Shown one piece after another: positions 59,699 through 64,000 of a DNA stretch of 64,000 nt. A program made the position numbers and the translations under genes. A model generated the notes under the pieces. The model did not search any database, was not told where the DNA came from, and saw only the letters and a list, made by a program, of their open reading frames with translations. Numbering within the stretch: position 1 is the first letter of the stretch; every line of letters starts with the position of its first letter. Origin of the DNA: a virus (lineage: Duplodnaviria > Caudoviricetes); IMG/VR virus record IMGVR_UViG_3300033121_001619, positions 32,001 through 96,000 of that record, one strand, 5' to 3'.

Positions 59699-62385
59699 CA
59701 TCAGACGACGTGCAGCACACCACGGTGATCACCACACCGAGGCGTTACTACGCGTCTTCGTCACACGGAACGACGGGATCTGTTCTGGTGAGACCTAGGG
59801 CATCATCGTACGAGAAGTCGACCGATGCTTTCGAGGACAGACACGAGGATTCATCGTACGATTCTCTCTTGAGATCGACGCTGTCGAGAGCGAAGTACTT
59901 CAGGGCGTCGTCACGCAACATCTTCACGACGATGCAGACGTATGTGTCGGGGGTCAATGTCCTGAGCGAAAAGGACGACGTCGTGATGGACGTCACCCGA
60001 TTCACCCCCGGCACCAGTTTCACGAAGTATTTCTTGCGCAAGGGTATCGTGAAGGACACGCTGATGCGTTATTATCGCACGGCATATCCTCAGGCCACGT
60101 GGGCCTACACGAATTCGAACGCCCTGAATTTCTTCACGGCGTTCTCCGGATCGACTCAGCTAGTTCCTACGGGATCGGTCCTGCTCTATCCCAACGTCGT
60201 GACGTCATCAGCTCCGGAGCACGTGGGTTACGTCTCTGGATCCTACTGTCTTTCCGGAGCCTTCACTTTCGATCTACACGTGAATCCTCGCTACGAGGAC
60301 GACGGGATAGACGCAGGACACTTCAAGGACGGGACAATCCTTCACCTGTCTTCGTCGTATGCTCTCTCCTTGGTGACTGGGTCTCACAAGGACGCTAGGG
60401 GATTCCCGCTAGGATTTCGCCTCAAGCTTCAGCTGAGTCACAGCGCCGGTCTGGCACCGTCGTCCACGAATCCCGGGTCGTATCCGCACGATCTCACGTT
60501 CCTGTCCGACGATAATTCTTTGACGAGGAATCGATGGCATCACGTCATCGTCAGATGGGGAACGTCACTCGTGGACGCTGGGACGGGGTCCTTCGTCATC
60601 GATGGTCGCCGCTCGGGAAATTTCGTGATACCGTCGGGAACGATATCACCAAGACCGTTCGTGAATTCTCTCAATCCCGACGTCCTGTGTCTGGGAAACT
60701 TCTACGAGGGAACGAATTACGGCACGTCTGCCCAAAGCATATTCTTCTCTCCAGACAACGCTACGCGAGACGGCGTCGACCAGCTGACGTCCGAGAACTC
60801 CGTCGAGGATCCTGTCAACTATCGATTCAATCATCCGCTCAAGGCCGAACTGCACGACGTCCTCATTCGACGTCATTATCTCACCGACAGTGAGATCGTC
60901 GCCTCTGGTTCCACGGGTCACGGACGATCCGTCAGGGACCAGATGGACTTCGCCTTCTACGTTCCACCGTTCTTCGTCCAAGAGGGACCGATCTTGCGGT
61001 GGGTCGGTGACCGAGGCGGTGTGCTGCAAACACCGTTCTTCGAGGTGGATGGTACCACGGACGACCCGTTCAACGTGGCCATGTCGTTCGGGGTCGGCGG
61101 TCACATGATCAACCTGGAGAATTTCGTGAAGGACTTCTCGACAGGTAGGTTTCCTCGTCTATTTCGACTCACGGGATCGACAATCGATCACACGACCGAT
61201 CTCCTCGATGCCAACGACGTGATCTATTCCGATCCCGGCGTCGTGAAGAGGAACTTGTCCATTTTGCCGTGCGACGACGGGACGTTTGATCCGTGTTACG
61301 AGCTTCTCGACGACGAGAACTACACCAACAAATACGTGGACGCCGAGGGAGTGACGGACCTGAGTCTCATCAGCCTGTCTGGACTCTTGTCGACGTCATC
61401 CTTTCAGGCAGGAGGAATCCACGCGGAGTCGCCTGATGACTACGTCGAATTCCTCTACGGACCGTCTCCGGAGAAACCGGGTCTCGAGCCCGGGAAGTCG
61501 TTCTTGAAGTACATGAGTCTCCTGACAGCGTCCATAGGATCGGACGGTCAGATCGATCGTGGAGTTCAGCAGGGTGCCCCTCTCACGATTTATCAGCGTA
61601 CGCAAGACTCCTCGTCGAATCAAGTCACGTTCTTCAACGTGTCAAACATCTTCTACGGACGAAGGATCCTGCCCGGATCCGTCGTGTTGCGTGACTCATC
61701 GATGACAGGTAGCTCAGGAGTCGTGTCAATCACATTGAGAGACGACGCGATGGGAAGCCTCTATCGGGCAGACTCCGACACTCCCCATCACATCAAGAAC
61801 ACCGTTGGGAACGTCTTCTACGACGAGGGAATAATCGTCGTCAAGAGTCCTCACTTGAATTTCTTTGGCAAGGATGGCTTCGAGCTCGAATTCAAGGGTG
61901 TACAGCACATCAATGTCACACGCTATGAGATCGTCGCACCTTCTGGCATGCTCAATTCCTCGTCCAATCCCACGCATCCAGGCTGGGATCTCCGACCATC
62001 GTCCAATCCGATCGACACGGAACCCTTCGTATACATCAGCGGCATCAATCTCCACGACTCCAACATGAATGTCGTCGCTCGTGTCAGACTGGCTCAGCCG
62101 GTCATGAAGAGAGAGGGAGATCGTCTTCTCTTCCGCGTGGCCATGGATTCGTTATGTCGACTCGCAGGAGACGACGAACAAAGCGAAGATACCATCGCGG
62201 CGATCACGTCTCGACCAAGACCGGTCTCACTTGCAGGTATCGAAGCGGCTGGGAGAAATCCTACATGGATCACTTGGACTCCGATCCCAGGGTCGTCGAC
62301 TGGCTCTACGAGGCCCTATCCATCGAGTACGTGTCCAACAAACGAACGGGCAAGATTCGTCGCTATTTCCCGGACTTCGTGGTGA
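59680..62385 (+). CDS. virion protein with a LamG-like domain and a C-terminus paralogous to 58406
   Basis: WHHVIVRW; GNVFYDEG; NSSSNP...YISGINLHD...VVARVRLAQPVMK...FRVAMDS, then TTA at 62152-62154. The remaining 77 codons overlap the next gene. Confidence 0.8.
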   Translation: MSVIRVTSDDVQHTTVITTPRRYYASSSHGTTGSVLVRPRASSYEKSTDAFEDRHEDSSYDSLLRSTLSRAKYFRASSRNIFTTMQTYVSGVNVLSEKDDVVMDVTRFTPGTSFTKYFLRKGIVKDTLMRYYRTAYPQATWAYTNSNALNFFTAFSGSTQLVPTGSVLLYPNVVTSSAPEHVGYVSGSYCLSGAFTFDLHVNPRYEDDGIDAGHFKDGTILHLSSSYALSLVTGSHKDARGFPLGFRLKLQLSHSAGLAPSSTNPGSYPHDLTFLSDDNSLTRNRWHHVIVRWGTSLVDAGTGSFVIDGRRSGNFVIPSGTISPRPFVNSLNPDVLCLGNFYEGTNYGTSAQSIFFSPDNATRDGVDQLTSENSVEDPVNYRFNHPLKAELHDVLIRRHYLTDSEIVASGSTGHGRSVRDQMDFAFYVPPFFVQEGPILRWVGDRGGVLQTPFFEVDGTTDDPFNVAMSFGVGGHMINLENFVKDFSTGRFPRLFRLTGSTIDHTTDLLDANDVIYSDPGVVKRNLSILPCDDGTFDPCYELLDDENYTNKYVDAEGVTDLSLISLSGLLSTSSFQAGGIHAESPDDYVEFLYGPSPEKPGLEPGKSFLKYMSLLTASIGSDGQIDRGVQQGAPLTIYQRTQDSSSNQVTFFNVSNIFYGRRILPGSVVLRDSSMTGSSGVVSITLRDDAMGSLYRADSDTPHHIKNTVGNVFYDEGIIVVKSPHLNFFGKDGFELEFKGVQHINVTRYEIVAPSGMLNSSSNPTHPGWDLRPSSNPIDTEPFVYISGINLHDSNMNVVARVRLAQPVMKREGDRLLFRVAMDSLCRLAGDDEQSEDTIAAITSRPRPVSLAGIEAAGRNPTWITWTPIPGSSTGSTRPYPSSTCPTNERARFVAISRTSW

Positions 62386-62552
62386 GATACGTCGATGGAC
62401 GGGTCGTGATCGTGGAAGTGAAGCCGTCACGAAAGGTCGGCAAGGCTGTCAACCTAAAGAAAGCCAATGCTGCTCGAACGTGGTGCGGTGACAACGGTTT
62501 TGACTACGTCATATTGACGGAGCACGAACTGGTGTCAATGGGCCTAATCTAG
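62154..62552 (+). CDS. TnsA-like / T4 gp4 head-completion nuclease
   Basis: YRSGWE, WLYE, IEY, RYFPDF, IVEVKP and ILTE motifs. Confidence 0.88.
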   Translation: MSTRRRRRTKRRYHRGDHVSTKTGLTCRYRSGWEKSYMDHLDSDPRVVDWLYEALSIEYVSNKRTGKIRRYFPDFVVRYVDGRVVIVEVKPSRKVGKAVNLKKANAARTWCGDNGFDYVILTEHELVSMGLI

Positions 62553-62584
62553 TTCGATTTGTCTCGGTCCTATGTAGTGTCACC

Positions 62585-63121
62585 ATGCCGGCAGCTACGA
62601 CGTCCGACGCCGAACGAAAATCCTTGGCCCTGTATGCTCCCAAGACGTTCTACATGGGCCAGAAGATGTACGTGTTGTACGACTGCAAGATGTTGATCGA
62701 CTACTTCGAAGTAGGCGAAGCCGACGTCCAGGACGTCATCTATGGAATGATAGCCGTCGATGAGAACGGTAGTTGTCCAATAGTCAGGTCGTCAGCAGCC
62801 AGAAAAGGTTACGGGCCACTTCTCTACGACATAGTGATGTGTGTGGAGGGTTGCCTGATACCCGATAGGAAATCCGTGTCTCCTAGCGCTAGAAGAGTTT
62901 GGGATTCGTACTCGAAACGTCCGGACGTGGAGAGACGATCGTTGAAGTCAGGAGACGCGTCGAACGATCCTCTCGATTATTCGTACTCGTTGAAGGGACA
63001 TCCCAATTTCGACGCGCTCCTGAGAAATCACTCTCGATGTCTCTCGTCGCTGGACATCGATGAGACCGAGATCGAGAGACTCGCCGAGGAGTACTTCACT
63101 ACACGACTGGACGTCGGCTGA
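62585..63121 (+). CDS. GNAT-like hypothetical protein
   Basis: SAARKGYGPLLYD...PDRKSVSPSARRVW. Confidence 0.6.
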   Translation: MPAATTSDAERKSLALYAPKTFYMGQKMYVLYDCKMLIDYFEVGEADVQDVIYGMIAVDENGSCPIVRSSAARKGYGPLLYDIVMCVEGCLIPDRKSVSPSARRVWDSYSKRPDVERRSLKSGDASNDPLDYSYSLKGHPNFDALLRNHSRCLSSLDIDETEIERLAEEYFTTRLDVG

Positions 63122-63139
63122 CGTCGTACAATCTCGATC

Positions 63140-63700
63140 ATGATATTGGGCCTGGATGTCTCGACGTCGACCGTGGGTTATTGCGTCCTTGATCAGAACA
63201 CGAAGAGATTCGATCGTGGTCGAGTGGTCTCCATTCACGCCATCGATCTGACGAAGGAAAAGGAATTTTGGTCGAAAGTCGACGAACTCGAGAGACGTCT
63301 CTCCTGTATCCGGGAAGACCACGGGACGATGGACGCTGTGATAGTCGAGGAACCTCTCATGCGATTCGCCGCAGGAATGTCGTCAGCTTCCACGATATCG
63401 ACCCTCATGAGATTCAATGGCATAACGTGTCACCTGGTGCGAAAGACGTTCGGAGTCGACCCAACTATGCTCTCAGCTGCCACGGCACGTAAGGCGTGCG
63501 GAGTTCGCCTACTGTCGAGATCGAAGGCGGGATCACAGAAGGATCAAGTGTTCAACCACATGTGCGCAGCTGATCTGAAGGACGTCGTGTGGCCTCGCAA
63601 GCGAGGAGGTAATGTCGTCGATTGGGCCAAGGATGCCACCGATGCGTACGTCATCGCCACCGGTCACATCGAATTGAACACGACGCCGCCTGACGTGTAG
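63140..63700 (+). CDS. RuvC-like Holliday junction resolvase
   Basis: ILGLDVSTSTVG, VIVEEP and DATDAYVIA motifs. Confidence 0.85.
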   Translation: MILGLDVSTSTVGYCVLDQNTKRFDRGRVVSIHAIDLTKEKEFWSKVDELERRLSCIREDHGTMDAVIVEEPLMRFAAGMSSASTISTLMRFNGITCHLVRKTFGVDPTMLSAATARKACGVRLLSRSKAGSQKDQVFNHMCAADLKDVVWPRKRGGNVVDWAKDATDAYVIATGHIELNTTPPDV

Positions 63701-63709
63701 GATCAATAG

Positions 63710-64000
63710 GTGTCACTGTACACGCTCACCGAGAAGTTGACGTTCATCGAGTCAGTCTTGGGACGTGGTTCCCTGTCGAAGAACAGCAAGAATTTCGACG
63801 TCAGGTGTCCATACTGTGATCCGTCATCCGCCGGAAAGAGGAAACTCTCGATAAAGACGACTGACGACAGGTGTCACTGTTGGGTGTGTGGATTCAAGGC
63901 CCGATCGCTCGCACCCATCATACGAAAGTATGGAACTCGGTCGCAACTGTCAGAATACGTCTCGCGTTTTCGAAGCGACTTGAAGGCACAGGTCACGGGA
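63710..64000 (+). CDS. DNA primase, N-terminal zinc-binding domain (partial; runs off the window)
   Basis: GTG start; MSLYTLTEKLTFIESVLG...CPYC...KLSI...HCWVCGFK. Not in the ORF track because no stop falls within the window. Confidence 0.8.
   Translation, partial: MSLYTLTEKLTFIESVLGRGSLSKNSKNFDVRCPYCDPSSAGKRKLSIKTTDDRCHCWVCGFKARSLAPIIRKYGTRSQLSEYVSRFRSDLKAQVTG

Noticed and set aside
84-63492. Many short antisense or alternate-frame ORFs in the track
   Set aside because: They overlap well-supported genes and are Arg/Ser-rich shadows, expected when stop triplets are scarce.
1-64000. TAG or TGA stop-to-sense recoding as seen in other large phages
   Set aside because: Genes are full-length under the standard code, and many end at TAG or TGA with ATGA/TGATG coupling.
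1-64000. CRISPR arrays, tRNA/rRNA genes, IS elements and inteins
   Set aside because: No repeat-spacer arrays, cloverleafs, terminal inverted repeats or intein motifs were seen, and intergenic space is minimal. The Cas4-like and TnsA-like nucleases are ordinary phage genes here.

Overview
This is a gene-dense, GC-rich 64 kb fragment of a large tailed dsDNA phage (myovirus-like, with gp25 and gp6 baseplate genes). It holds Ser/Thr-rich virion genes (1.2-18.7 kb and 48-62 kb) and a sigma factor. A ~20 kb glycosylation island encodes a pseudaminic-acid-type nonulosonic acid pathway, many glycosyltransferases and methyltransferases. Housekeeping-like genes include ClpP, a DinG-like helicase, PhoH, an Hc1-like protein, a degenerate GroEL, a gp4/TnsA nuclease, RuvC and a primase. 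Two signals stand out. (1) By manual scan, the Leu codon TTA never occurs in frame inside a gene body, yet it occurs ten times at gene 3' ends. It often sits where the protein appears to end and next to, or overlapping, the next start codon (TTATG). This suggests UUA acts as a fourth stop or termination codon. (2) A 249-nt group I intron, apparently lacking P9, interrupts a glycosyltransferase gene. It has clear P1/P10 pairings and an overlapping Vsr-like homing endonuclease remnant upstream. All calls come from reading the sequence and recognising motifs; no database searches were run.
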